Shown here in pieces: positions 1-14,600 of a stretch of DNA of 64,000 bases. The DNA is from the human T2T-CHM13v2.0 reference genome, Homo sapiens. The notes under the pieces were generated by a model. That model made no database searches, was not told the DNA's origin, and was given only the letters and a program-made list of their open reading frames with translations. The position numbers and the translations under genes were made by a program. The DNA is taken from assembly GCF_009914755.1 (NCBI RefSeq), contig NC_060928.1, one strand, 5' to 3'. Within the stretch, counting starts at the first letter, position 1. Each line of letters opens with the position of its first letter.

Positions 1-571
1 TGAACACAACACAGAGCAGTTTCTGAGAATGCTTCTGTGTAGTTTTTATCCGAAGATATTTCCTTTTCCACCATAGGCCTCAAATCGCTCCAAATATCCA
101 CTTGTAGATCGTAAGAAAACACTGTTTCAAAACTGCTTTCTCAAAAGGAAGGTTCAACTCTTTGAGTTCAATGCGCACATCACAAGGAACTGTCTGAGCA
201 AACTTCCGTCTAGTTTTTATGTGACGATATTACCATTTCCACCGCAGGTTTCGAAGCGCTCCAAAAGAACACTTGCAGATACTGCAACAAGAATGTTTCA
301 CAACTGCTCTATCAAAGAACGCGTTCACCTCTGTGAGTTGAATGCACACATCCCAAAGCAGTTTCTGAGAATGCTTCTGTGTAGCTTCCATGTGAAGGTA
401 TCTCCTTTTCCACCATAGGCCTCGTATCGCTCCAAATATCCACTTGGGTGATAGTGCAAAAACACTGTTTCAGAACTGCTCTCCCAAAGGAAGGTTCAAC
501 TCTGTGAGTTGAATGCAGACATCACAAAAAAGTTTCTGAGAATGCTTCCGTCCAGTTTGTATGTGCAGATA

Positions 572-1432
572 CCCCGTTTACAACGAATTCCTCAAGAGTT
601 CCAAATATCCTCAAGCAGATTCTACAAAAGCAGTATTTCAAGACTGCTCTATCAAAAGGAAGGGTGAACTCTGTGAGTTGAATCCACACATCCCAAAAAA
701 GTTTCTGAGAATAGTTGTGTCTAGTTTGTATGTGCGGACATCCCGTTTACAGCGAATTCCTCAAAGAGCTCCAAATGTCCTCAGGCAGATTCTGTAAAAG
801 CAGTGCTGCAAAACTGCTCTATCGGAAGAAAGGTTGAACTCTGTGAGTTGAGTTCACACATCACAAAAATGTCTCTGACCATGTTCCTGTCTACCTTGTA
901 TGTGCAGATATCCCGTTTACAATGAATTCCTCAAAGACCTACAAATATCCTCAAGCTGATTCTAGAAAAGGATGGTTTCAAAACTGATCTATCCAAAAAG
1001 ACGTTCAACTCTGTGACTTGAATGCACACAACACAAAATTTTCTGAGAATGCTTCTGTCTAGATTGTATGTGGAGATATCTCGTTTGCCACGAATTCCTC
1101 CAAGAGCTCCAAATATCCTCAAGCAGATTCTACCCAAGCAGGGTTTCAGGAATGCTCTATCAAAAGGAAGGTTGAATTCTGTGAGTTGAATCCACACATC
1201 ACGAAAAAGTTTCTGGGAATGCTTCTGTCTAATTTGTATGTGCAGATATCCCGATTGCAACGAATTCCTCAAAGAGCTCCAAATATCCTGAAGCAGATTC
1301 TTCAAAAGCAGTATTTCAAGACTGCTCTATCAAAAGGAAGGTTGAACTGTGTGAGTTGAATCCACACATCCCAAAAAAAGTTTCTGAGAATGCTTCTGTC
1401 AATTTTGTGCAGATATCCCGTTGGCAACGAAT
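572..1432 (-). promoter_or_regulatory. Cluster of six CENP-B-box positions in consecutive monomers (copy 1 shown; repeats every 2211 bp); four functional-type and two degenerate in the HOR consensus
   Basis: Compared with nTTCGnnnnAnnCGGGn (plus strand nCCCGnnTnnnnCGAAn): 572-588 matches; 741-757 matches; 911-927 matches in most copies (e.g. 3122-3138) but has CG>TG in copy 1; 1079-1095 has CTCG (broken); 1249-1265 matches; 1416-1432 has G at the required T (broken). Confidence 0.9.
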
Positions 1433-1574
1433 TCCTGAAAGAGCTCCAAATATCCTCAAGCAGATTCTGCAAAAGCAGGATTTCAAGACAGCTCTATCAA
1501 AAGGAAAGTTGAACTCTGTGAGTTGAGTTCACACATCCCTAAATGTTTCTGAGAATGCTTCTGTCTAGTTTATA

Positions 1575-2630
1575 TGTGAAGATATTTCACTTTCCACCAT
1601 GAGCCTCTAAGCGCTCCAAATGAACACTTGCAGAGTATGCAGAAAGAACGTTTCCAATCTTCTCTATCAAAGGAAAGATTCAACTCTGTGAGTTGAATGG
1701 ACATATCACAAAGAACTGTCTGAGAATACTTCTGTCTAGCTTTTATGTGAAGATATTTCCTTTTCCACCGTAGGCTTCAAAGCGCTCCAAATGAACACTT
1801 GCAGATTCTACAAAAAGAATGCTTCTAAACTGCTGTATCAAAGAAAGCGTTCAACTCTGTGAGTTGAATGCACACATCCCAAAGCAGTTTCTGAGAATGC
1901 TTCTGTTTAGTTTTTATGTGAAGATATTTTGCTTTCCACCATAAGCCTTCAAAGCGCTCCAAAGGAACACTTGCAGATTATGCACAGAGAATGCCTCAAA
2001 TCTGCTCTATCAAAAGAAAGGTTGGACTCTGTGAGTTCAATGGACACATCACAAAGCAGTTTCTGAGAATGCTTCTGTCCGGTTTTTCTGTGAAGATATT
2101 TCCTTTTGCACCCTAGGCTTCAAAGCGCTCCAAATGAACACTTGCAGATTCTACAAAAAGAATGTTTCAAAACTGCTCTATCAAAGACGGAGTTCAACCC
2201 TTTGACTTCAATGAACACAACACAGAGCAGTTTCTGAGAATGCTTCTGTGTAGTTTTTATCCGAAGATATTTCCTTTTCCACCATAGGCCTCAAATCGCT
2301 CCAAATATCCACTTGTAGATCGTAAGAAAACACTGTTTCAAAACTGCTTTCTCAAAAGGAAGGTTCAACTCTTTGAGTTCAATGCGCACATCACAAGGAA
2401 CTGTCTGAGCAAACTTCCGTCTAGTTTTTATGTGACGATATTACCATTTCCACCGCAGGTTTCGAAGCGCTCCAAAAGAACACTTGCAGATACTGCAACA
2501 AGAATGTTTCACAACTGCTCTATCAAAGAAAGCGTTCACCTCTGTGAGTTGAATGCACACATCCCAAAGCAGTTTCTGAGAATGCTTCTGTGTAGCTTCC
2601 ATGTGAAGGTATCTCCTTTTCCACCATAGG
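1575..2630 (-). promoter_or_regulatory. Run of seven A-type monomers carrying pJalpha-type boxes (one unit shown; repeats every 2211 bp)
   Basis: 'gaagatatttccttttccaccrtagg' or close variants near 1580, 1750, 1920, 2092, 2263, 2434 and 2605; none carries a CENP-B motif. Confidence 0.85.
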
Positions 2631-5600
2631 CCTCGTATCGCTCCAAATATCCACTTGGGTGATAGTGCAAAAACACTGCTTCAGAACTGCTCTCCCAAAG
2701 GAAGGTTCAACTCTGTGAGTTGAATGCAGACATCACAAAAAAGTTTCTGAGAATGCTTCCGTCCAGTTTGTATGTGCAGATACCCCGTTTACAACGAATT
2801 CCTCAAGAGCTCCAAATATCCTCAAGCAGATTCTACAAAAGCAGTATTTCAAGACTGCTCTATCAAAAGGAAGGGTGAACTCTGTGAGTTGAATCCACAC
2901 ATCCCAAAAAAGTTTCTGAGAATAGTTGTGTCTAGTTTGTATGTGCGGACATCCCGTTTACAGCGAATTCCTCAAAGAGCTCCAAATGTCCTCAGGCAGA
3001 TTCTGCAAAAGCAGTGCTGCAAAACTGCTCTATCGAAAGAAAGGTTGAACTCTGTGAGTTGAGTTCACACATCACAAAAATGTCTCTGACCATGTTCCTG
3101 TCTACCTTGTATGTGCAGATATCCCGTTTACAACGAATTCCTCAAAGACCTACAAATATCCTCAAGCTGATTCTAGAAAAGGATGGTTTCAAAACTGATC
3201 TATCCAAAAAGACGTTCAACTCTGTGACTTGAATGCACACAACACAAAATTTTCTGAGAATGCTTCTGTCTAGATTGTATGTGGAGATATCTCGTTTGCC
3301 ACGAATTCCTCCAAGAGCTCCAAATATCCTGAAGCAGATTCTACCCAAGCAGGGTTTCAGGAATGCTCTATCAAAAGGAAGGTTGAATTCTGTGAGTTGA
3401 ATCCACACATCACGAAAAAGTTTCTGGGAATGCTTCTGTCTAATTTGTATGTGCAGATATCCCGATTGCAACGAATTCCTCAAAGAGCTCCAAATATCCT
3501 GAAGCAGATTCTTCAAAAGCAGTATTTCAAGACTGCTCTATCAAAAGGAAGGTTGAACTGTGTGAGTTGAATCCACACATCCCAAAAAAAGTTTCTGAGA
3601 ATGCTTCTGTCAATTTTGTGCAGATATCCCGTTGGCAACGAATTCCTGAAAGAGCTCCAAATATCCTCAAGCAGATTCTGCAAAAGCAGGATTTCAAGAC
3701 AGCTCTATCAAAAGGAAAGTTGAACTCTGTGAGTTGAGTTCACACATCCCTAAATGTTTCTGAGAATGCTTCTGTCTAGTTTATATGTGAAGATATTTCA
3801 CTTTCCACCATGAGCCTCTAAGCGCTCCAAATGAACACTTGCAGAGTATGCAGAAAGAACGTTTCCAATCTTCTCTATCAAAGGAAAGATTCAACTCTGT
3901 GAGTTGAATGGACATATCACAAAGAACTGTCTGAGAATACTTCTGTCTAGCTTTTATGTGAAGATATTTCCTTTTCCACCGTAGGCTTCAAAGCGCTCCA
4001 AATGAACACTTGCAGATTCTACAAAAAGAATGCTTCTAAACTGCTGTATCAAAGAAAGCGTTCAACTCTGTGAGTTGAATGCACACATCCCAAAGCAGTT
4101 TCTGAGAATGCTTCTGTTTAGTTTTTATGTGAAGATATTTTGCTTTCCACCATAAGCCTTCAAAGCGCTCCAAAGGAACACTTGCAGATTATGCACAGAG
4201 AATGCCTCAAATCTGCTCTATCAAAAGAAAGGTTGGACTCTGTGAGTTCAATGGACACATCACAAAGCAGTTTCTGAGAATGCTTCTGTCCGGTTTTTCT
4301 GTGAAGATATTTCCTTTTGCACCCTAGGCTTCAAAGCGCTCCAAATGAACACTTGCAGATTCTACAAAAAGAATGTTTCAAAACTGCTCTATCAAAGACG
4401 GAGTTCAACCCTTTGACTTCAATGAACACAACACAGAGCAGTTTCTGAGAATGCTTCTGTGTAGTTTTTATCCGAAGATATTTCCTTTTCCACCATAGGC
4501 CTCAAATCGCTCCAAATATCCACTTGTAGATCGTAAGAAAACACTGTTTCAAAACTGCTTTCTCAAAAGGAAGGTTCAACTCTTTGAGTTCAATGCGCAC
4601 ATCACAAGGAACTGTCTGAGCAAACTTCCGTCTAGTTTTTATGTGACGATATTACCATTTCCACCGCAGGTTTCGAAGCGCTCCAAAAGAACACTTGCAG
4701 ATACTGCAACAAGAATGTTTCACAACTGCTCTATCAAAGAAAGCGTTCACCTCTGTGAGTTGAATGCACACATCCCAAAGCAGTTTCTGAGAATGCTTCT
4801 GTGTAGCTTCCATGTGAAGGTATCTCCTTTTCCACCATAGGCCTCGTATCGCTCCAAATATCCACTTGGGTGATAGTGCAAAAACACTGCTTCAGAACTG
4901 CTCTCCCAAAGGAAGGTTCAACTCTGTGAGTTGAATGCAGACATCACAAAAAAGTTTCTGAGAATGCTTCCGTCCAGTTTGTATGTGCAGATACCCCGTT
5001 TACAACGAATTCCTCAAGAGCTCCAAATATCCTCAAGCAGATTCTACAAAAGCAGTATTTCAAGACTGCTCTATCAAAAGGAAGGGTGAACTCTGTGAGT
5101 TGAATCCACACATCCCAAAAAAGTTTCTGAGAATAGTTGTGTCTAGTTTGTATGTGCGGACATCCCGTTTACAGCGAATTCCTCAAAGAGCTCCAAATGT
5201 CCTCAGGCAGATTCTGCAAAAGCAGTGCTGCAAAACTGCTCTATCAAAAGAAAGGTTGAACTCTGTGAGTTGAGTTCACACATCACAAAAATGTCTCTGA
5301 CCATGTTCCTGTCTACCTTGTATGTGCAGATATCCCGTTTACAACGAATTCCTCAAAGACCTACAAATATCCTCAAGCTGATTCTAGAAAAGGATGGTTT
5401 CAAAACTGATCTATCCAAAAAGACGTTCAACTCTGTGACTTGAATGCACACAACACAAAATTTTCTGAGAATGCTTCTGTCTAGATTGTATGTGGAGATA
5501 TCTCGTTTGCCACGAATTCCTCCAAGAGCTCCAAATATCCTCAAGCAGATTCTACCCAAGCAGGGTTTCAGGAATGCTCTATCAAAAGGAAGGTTGAATT

Positions 5601-8600
5601 CTGTGAGTTGAATCCACACATCACGAAAAAGTTTCTGGGAATGCTTCTGTCTAATTTGTATGTGCAGATATCCCGATTGCAACGAATTCCTCAAAGAGCT
5701 CCAAATATCCTGAAGCAGATTCTTCAAAAGCAGTATTTCAAGACTGCTCTATCAAAAGGAAGGTTGAACTGTGTGAGTTGAATCCACACATCCCAAAAAA
5801 AGTTTCTGAGAATGCTTCTGTCAATTTTGTGCAGATATCCCGTTGGCAACGAATTCCTGAAAGAGCTCCAAATATCCTCAAGCAGATTCTGCAAAAGCAG
5901 GATTTCAAGACAGCTCTATCAAAAGGAAAGTTGAACTCTGTGAGTTGAGTTCACACATCCCTAAATGTTTCTGAGAATGCTTCTGTCTAGTTTATATGTG
6001 AAGATATTTCACTTTCCACCATGAGCCTCTAAGCGCTCCAAATGAACACTTGCAGAGTATGCAGAAAGAATGTTTCCAATCTTCTCTATCAAAGGAAAGA
6101 TTCAACTCTGTGAGTTGAATGGACATATCACAAAGAACTGTCTGAGAATACTTCTGTCTAGCTTTTATGTGAAGATATTTCCTTTTCCACCGTAGGCTTC
6201 AAAGCGCTCCAAATGAACACTTGCAGATTCTACAAAAAGAATGCTTCTAAACTGCTGTATCAAAGAAAGCGTTCAACTCTGTGAGTTGAATGCACACATC
6301 CCAAAGCAGTTTCTGAGAATGCTTCTGTTTAGTTTTTATGTGAAGATATTTTGCTTTCCACCATAAGCCTTCAAAGCGCTCCAAAGGAACACTTGCAGAT
6401 TATGCACAGAGAATGCCTCAAATCTGCTCTATCAAAAGAAAGGTTGGACTCTGTGAGTTCAATGGACACATCACAAAGCAGTTTCTGAGAATGCTTCTGT
6501 CCGGTTTTTCTGTGAAGATATTTCCTTTTGCACCCTAGGCTTCAAAGCGCTCCAAATGAACACTTGCAGATTCTACAAAAAGAATGTTTCAAAACTGCTC
6601 TATCAAAGACGGAGTTCAACCCTTTGACTTCAATGAACACAACACAGAGCAGTTTCTGAGAATGCTTCTGTGTAGTTTTTATCCGAAGATATTTCCTTTT
6701 CCACCATAGGCCTCAAATCGCTCCAAATATCCACTTGTAGATCGTAAGAAAACACTGTTTCAAAACTGCTTTCTCAAAAGGAAGGTTCAACTCTTTGAGT
6801 TCAATGCGCACATCACAAGGAACTGTCTGAGCAAACTTCCGTCTAGTTTTTATGTGACGATATTACCATTTCCACCGCAGGTTTCGAAGCGCTCCAAAAG
6901 AACACTTGCAGATACTGCAACAAGAATGTTTCACAACTGCTCTATCAAAGAAACCGTTCACCTCTGTGAGTTGAATGCACACATCCCAAAGCAGTTTCTG
7001 AGAATGCTTCTGTGTAGCTTCCATGTGAAGGTATCTCCTTTTCCACCATAGGCCTCGTATCGCTCCAAATATCCACTTGGGTGATAGTGCAAAAACACTG
7101 CTTCAGAACTGCTCTCCCAAAGGAAGGTTCAACTCTGTGAGTTGAATGCAGACATCACAAAAAAGTTTCTGAGAATGCTTCCGTCCAGTTTGTATGTGCA
7201 GATACCCCGTTTACAACGAATTCCTCAAGAGTTCCAAATATCCTCAAGCAGATTCTACAAAAGCAGTATTTCAAGACTGCTCTATCAAAAGGAAGGGTGA
7301 ACTCTGTGAGTTGAATCCACACATCCCAAAAAAGTTTCTGAGAATAGTTGTGTCTAGTTTGTATGTGCGGACATCCCGTTTACAGCGAATTCCTCAAAGA
7401 GCTCCAAATGTCCTCAGGCAGATTCTGCAAAAGCAGTGCTGCAAAACTGCTCTATCGAAAGAAAGGTTGAACTCTGTGAGTTGAGTTCACACATCACAAA
7501 AATGTCTCTGACCATGTTCCTGTCTACCTTGTATGTGCAGATATCCCGTTTACAACGAATTCCTCAAAGACCTACAAATATCCTCAAGCTGATTCTAGAA
7601 AAGGATGGTTTCAAAACTGATCTATCCAAAAAGACGTTCAACTCTGTGACTTGAATGCACACAACACAAAATTTTCTGAGAATGCTTCTGTCTAGATTGT
7701 ATGTGGAGATATCTCGTTTGCCACGAATTCCTCCAAGAGCTCCAAATATCCTCAAGCAGATTCTACCCAAGCAGGGTTTCAGGAATGCTCTATCAAAAGG
7801 AAGGTTGAATTCTGTGAGTTGAATCCACACATCACGAAAAAGTTTCTGGGAATGCTTCTGTCTAATTTGTATGTGCAGATATCCCGATTGCAACGAATTC
7901 CTCAAAGAGCTCCAAATATCCTGAAGCAGATTCTTCAAAAGCAGTATTTCAAGACTGCTCTATCAAAAGGAAGGTTGAACTGTGTGAGTTGAATCCACAC
8001 ATCCCAAAAAAAGTTTCTGAGAATGCTTCTGTCAATTTTGTGCAGATATCCCGTTGGCAACGAATTCCTGAAAGAGCTCCAAATATCCTCAAGCAGATTC
8101 TGCAAAAGCAGGATTTCAAGACAGCTCTATCAAAAGGAAAGTTGAACTCTGTGAGTTGAGTTCACACATCCCTAAATGTTTCTGAGAATGCTTCTGTCTA
8201 GTTTATATGTGAAGATATTTCACTTTCCACCATGAGCCTCTAAGCGCTCCAAATGAACACTTGCAGAGTATGCAGAAAGAATGTTTCCAATCTTCTCTAT
8301 CAAAGGAAAGATTCAACTCTGTGAGTTGAATGGACATATCACAAAGAACTGTCTGAGAATACTTCTGTCTAGCTTTTATGTGAAGATATTTCCTTTTCCA
8401 CCGTAGGCTTCAAAGCGCTCCAAATGAACACTTGCAGATTCTACAAAAAGAATGCTTCTAAACTGCTGTATCAAGGAAAGCGTTCAACTCTGTGAGTTGA
8501 ATGCACACATCCCAAAGCAGTTTCTGAGAATGCTTCTGTTTAGTTTTTATGTGAAGATATTTTGCTTTCCACCATAAGCCTTCAAAGCGCTCCAAAGGAA

Positions 8601-11600
8601 CACTTGCAGATTATGCACAGAGAATGCCTCAAATCTGCTCTATCAAAAGAAAGGTTGGACTCTGTGAGTTCAATGGACACATCACAAAGCAGTTTCTGAG
8701 AATGCTTCTGTCCGGTTTTTCTGTGAAGATATTTCCTTTTGCACCCTAGGCTTCAAAGCGCTCCAAATGAACACTTGCAGATTCTACAAAAAGAATGTTT
8801 CAAAACTGCTCTATCAAAGACGGAGTTCAACCCTTTGACTTCAATGAACACAACACAGAGCAGTTTCTGAGAATGCTTCTGTGTAGTTTTTATCCGAAGA
8901 TATTTCCTTTTCCACCATAGGCCTCAAATCGCTCCAAATATCCACTTGTAGATCGTAAGAAAACACTGTTTCAAAACTGCTTTCTCAAAAGGAAGGTTCA
9001 ACTCTTTGAGTTCAATGCGCACATCACAAGGAACTGTCTGAGCAAACTTCCGTCTAGTTTTTATGTGACGATATTACCATTTCCACCGCAGGTTTCGAAG
9101 CGCTCCAAAAGAACACTTGCAGATACTGCAACAAGAATGTTTCACAACTGCTCTATCAAAGAAAGCGTTCACCTCTGTGAGTTGAATGCACACATCCCAA
9201 AGCAGTTTCTGAGAATGCTTCTGTGTAGCTTCCATGTGAAGGTATCTCCTTTTCCACCATAGGCCTCGTATCGCTCCAAATATCCACTTGGGTGATAGTG
9301 CAAAAACACTGCTTCAGAACTGCTCTCCCAAAGGAAGGTTCAACTCTGTGAGTTGAATGCAGACATCACAAAAAAGTTTCTGAGAATGCTTCCGTCCAGT
9401 TTGTATGTGCAGATACCCCGTTTACAACGAATTCCTCAAGAGCTCCAAATATCCTCAAGCAGATTCTACAAAAGCAGTATTTCAAGACTGCTCTATCAAA
9501 AGGAAGGGTGAACTCTGTGAGTTGAATCCACACATCCCAAAAAAGTTTCTGAGAATAGTTGTGTCTAGTTTGTATGTGCGGACATCCCGTTTACAGCGAA
9601 TTCCTCAAAGAGCTCCAAATGTCCTCAGGCAGATTCTGCAAAAGCAGTGCTGCAAAACTGCTCTATCAAAAGAAAGGTTGAACTCTGTGAGTTGAGTTCA
9701 CACATCACAAAAATGTCTCTGACCATGTTCCTGTCTACCTTGTATGTGCAGATATCCCGTTTACAACGAATTCCTCAAAGACCTACAAATATCCTCAAGC
9801 TGATTCTAGAAAAGGATGGTTTCAAAACTGATCTATCCAAAAAGACGTTCAACTCTGTGACTTGAATGCACACAACACAAAATTTTCTGAGAATGCTTCT
9901 GTCTAGATTGTATGTGGAGATATCTCGTTTGCCACGAATTCCTCCAAGAGCTCCAAATATCCTCAAGCAGATTCTACCCAAGCAGGGTTTCAGGAATGCT
10001 CTATCAAAAGGAAGGTTGAATTCTGTGAGTTGAATCCACACATCACGAAAAAGTTTCTGGGAATGCTTCTGTCTAATTTGTATGTGCAGATATCCCGATT
10101 GCAACAAATTCCTCAAAGAGCTCCAAATATCCTGAAGCAGATTCTTCAAAAGCAGTATTTCAAGACTGCTCTATCAAAAGGAAGGTTGAACTGTGTGAGT
10201 TGAATCCACACATCCCAAAAAAAGTTTCTGAGAATGCTTCTGTCAATTTTGTGCAGATATCCCGTTGGCAACGAATTCCTGAAAGAGCTCCAAATATCCT
10301 CAAGCAGATTCTGCAAAAGCAGGATTTCAAGACAGCTCTATCAAAAGGAAAGTTGAACTCTGTGAGTTGAGTTCACACATCCCTAAATGTTTCTCAGAAT
10401 GCTTCTGTCTAGTTTATATGTGAAGATATTTCACTTTCCACCATGAGCCTCTAAGCGCTCCAAATGAACACTTGCAGAGTATGCAGAAAGAATGTTTCCA
10501 ATCTTCTCTATCAAAGGAAAGATTCAACTCTGTGAGTTGAATGGACATATCACAAAGAACTGTCTGAGAATACTTCTGTCTAGCTTTTATGTGAAGATAT
10601 TTCCTTTTCCACCGTAGGCTTCAAAGCGCTCCAAATGAACACTTGCAGATTCTACAAAAAGAATGCTTCTAAACTGCTGTATCAAAGAAAGCGTTCAACT
10701 CTGTGAGTTGAATGCACACATCCCAAAGCAGTTTCTGAGAATGCTTCTGTTTAGTTTTTATGTGAAGATATTTTGCTTTCCACCATAAGCCTTCAAAGCG
10801 CTCCAAAGGAACACTTGCAGATTATGCACAGAGAATGCCTCAAATCTGCTCTATCAAAAGAAAGGTTGGACTCTGTGAGTTCAATGGACACATCACAAAG
10901 CAGTTTCTGAGAATGCTTCTGTCCGGTTTTTCTGTGAAGATATTTCCTTTTGCACCCTAGGCTTCAAAGCGCTCCAAATGAACACTTGCAGATTCTACAA
11001 AAAGAATGTTTCAAAACTGCTCTATCAAAGACGGAGTTCAACCCTTTGACTTCAATGAACACAACACAGAGCAGTTTCTGAGAATGCTTCTGTGTAGTTT
11101 TTATCCGAAGATATTTCCTTTTCCACCATAGGCCTCAAATCGCTCCAAATATCCACTTGTAGATCGTAAGAAAACACTGTTTCAAAACTGCTTTCTCAAA
11201 AGGAAGGTTCAACTCTTTGAGTTCAATGCGCACATCACAAGGAACTGTCTGAGCAAACTTCCGTCTAGTTTTTATGTGACGATATTACCATTTCCACCGC
11301 AGGTTTCGAAGCGCTCCAAAAGAACACTTGCAGATACTGCAACAAGAATGTTTCACAACTGCTCTATCAAAGAAACCGTTCACCTCTGTGAGTTGAATGC
11401 ACACATCCCAAAGCAGTTTCTGAGAATGCTTCTGTGTAGCTTCCATGTGAAGGTATCTCCTTTTCCACCATAGGCCTCGTATCGCTCCAAATATCCACTT
11501 GGGTGATAGTGCAAAAACACTGCTTCAGAACTGCTCTCCCAAAGGAAGGTTCAACTCTGTGAGTTGCATGCAGACATCACAAAAAAGTTTCTGAGAATGC

Positions 11601-14600
11601 TTCCGTCCAGTTTGTATGTGCAGATACCCCGTTTACAATGAATTCCTCAAGAGCTCCAAATATCCTCAAGCAGATTCTACAAAAGCAGTATTTCAAGACT
11701 GCTCTATCAAAAGGAAGGGTGAACTCTGTGAGTTGAATCCACACATCCCAAAAAAGTTTCTGAGAATAGTTGTGTCTAGTTTGTATGTGCGGACATCCCG
11801 TTTACAGCGAATTCCTCAAAGAGCTCCAAATGTCCTCAGGCAGATTCTGCAAAAGCAGTGCTGCAAAACTGCTCTATCAAAAGAAAGGTTGAACTCTGTG
11901 AGTTGAGTTCACACATCACAAAAATGTCTCTGACCATGTTCCTGTCTACCTTGTATGTGCAGATATCCCGTTTACAATGAATTCCTCAAAGACCTACAAA
12001 TATCCTCAAGCTGATTCTAGAAAAGGATGGTTTCAAAACTGATCTATCCAAAAAGACGTTCAACTCTGTGACTTGAATGCACACAACACAAAATTTTCTG
12101 AGAATGCTTCTGTCTAGATTGTATGTGGAGATATCTCGTTTGCCACGAATTCCTCCAAGAGCTCCAAATATCCTCAAGCAGATTCTACCCAAGCAGGGTT
12201 TCAGGAATGCTCTATCAAAAGGAAGGTTGAATTCTGTGAGTTGAATCCACACATCACGAAAAAGTTTCTGGGAATGCTTCTGTCTAATTTGTATGTGCAG
12301 ATATCCCGATTGCAACGAATTCCTCAAAGAGCTCCAAATATCCTGAAGCAGATTCTTCAAAAGCAGTATTTCAAGACTGCTCTATCAAAAGGAAGGTTGA
12401 ACTGTGTGAGTTGAATCCACACATCCCAAAAAAAGTTTCTGAGAATGCTTCTGTCAATTTTGTGCAGATATCCCGTTGGCAACGAATTCCTGAAAGAGCT
12501 CCAAATATCCTCAAGCAGATTCTGCAAAAGCAGGATTTCAAGACAGCTCTATCAAAAGGAAAGTTGAACTCTGTGAGTTGAGTTCACACATCCCTAAATG
12601 TTTCTGAGAATGCTTCTGTCTAGTTTATATGTGAAGATATTTCACTTTCCACCATGAGCCTCTAAGCGCTCCAAATGAACACTTGCAGAGTATGCAGAAA
12701 GAATGTTTCCAATCTTCTCTATCAAAGGAAAGATTCAACTCTGTGAGTTGAATGGACATATCACAAAGAACTGTCTGAGAATACTTCTGTCTAGCTTTTA
12801 TGTGAAGATATTTCCTTTTCCACCGTAGGCTTCAAAGCGCTCCAAATGAACACTTGCAGATTCTACAAAAAGAATGCTTCTAAACTGCTGTATCAAGGAA
12901 AGCGTTCAACCCTGTGAGTTGAATGCACACATCCCAAAGCAGTTTCTGAGAATGCTTCTGTTTAGTTTTTATGTGAAGATATTTTGCTTTCCACCATAAG
13001 CCTTCAAAGCGCTCCAAAGGAACACTTGCAGATTATGCACAGAGAATGCCTCAAATCTGCTCTATCAAAAGAAAGGTTGGACTCTGTGAGTTCAATGGAC
13101 ACATCACAAAGCAGTTTCTGAGAATGCTTCTGTCCGGTTTTTCTGTGAAGATATTTCCTTTTGCACCCTAGGCTTCAAAGCGCTCCAAATGAACACTTGC
13201 AGATTCTACAAAAAGAATGTTTCAAAACTGCTCTATCAAAGACGGAGTTCAACCCTTTGACTTCAATGAACACAACACAGAGCAGTTTCTGAGAATGCTT
13301 CTGTGTAGTTTTTATCCGAAGATATTTCCTTTTCCACCATAGGCCTCAAATCGCTCCAAATATCCACTTGTAGATCGTAAGAAAACACTGTTTCAAAACT
13401 GCTTTCTCAAAAGGAAGGTTCAACTCTTTGAGTTCAATGCGCACATCACAAGGAACTGTCTGAGCAAACTTCCGTCTAGTTTTTATGTGACGATATTACC
13501 ATTTCCACCGCAGGTTTCGAAGCGCTCCAAAAGAACACTTGCAGATACTGCAACAAGAATGTTTCACAACTGCTCTATCAAAGAAAGCGTTCACCTCTGT
13601 GAGTTGAATGCACACATCCCAAAGCAGTTTCTGAGAATGCTTCTGTGTAGCTTCCATGTGAAGGTATCTCCTTTTCCACCATAGGCCTCGTATCGCTCCA
13701 AATATCCACTTGGGTGATAGTGCAAAAACACTGCTTCAGAACTGCTCTCCCAAAGGAAGGTTCAACTCTGTGAGTTGAATGCAGACATCACAAAAAAGTT
13801 TCTGAGAATGCTTCCGTCCAGTTTGTATGTGCAGATACCCCGTTTACAACGAATTCCTCAAGAGCTCCAAATATCCTCAAGCAGATTCTACAAAAGCAGT
13901 ATTTCAAGACTGCTCTATCAAAAGGAAGGGTGAACTCTGTGAGTTGAATCCACACATCCCAAAAAAGTTTCTGAGAATAGTTGTGTCTAGTTTGTATGTG
14001 CGGACATCCCGTTTACAGCGAATTCCTCAAAGAGCTCCAAATGTCCTCAGGCAGATTCTGCAAAAGCAGTGCTGCAAAACTGCTCTATCAAAAGAAAGGT
14101 TGAACTCTGTGAGTTGAGTTCACACATCACAAAAATGTCTCTGACCATGTTCCTGTCTACCTTGTATGTGCAGATATCCCGTTTACAATGAATTCCTCAA
14201 AGACCTACAAATATCCTCAAGCTGATTCTAGAAAAGGATGGTTTCAAAACTGATCTATCCAAAAAGACCTTCAACTCTGTGACTTGAATGCACACAACAC
14301 AAAATTTTCTGAGAATGCTTCTGTCTAGATTGTATGTGGAGATATCTCGTTTGCCACGAATTCCTCCAAGAGCTCCAAATATCCTCAAGCAGATTCTACC
14401 CAAGCAGGGTTTCAGGAATGCTCTATCAAAAGGAAGGTTGAATTCTGTGAGTTGAATCCACACATCACGAAAAAGTTTCTGGGAATGCTTCTGTCTAATT
14501 TGTATGTGCAGATATCCCGATTGCAACGAATTCCTCAAAGAGCTCCAAATATCCTGAAGCAGATTCTTCAAAAGCAGTATTTCAAGACTGCTCTATCAAA

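Noticed and set aside
585-1450. Regular palindromes gaattc and gagctc next to each B box as a separate regulatory code
   Set aside because: They are ordinary shared features of the B-type monomers in this array, useful only as restriction markers.
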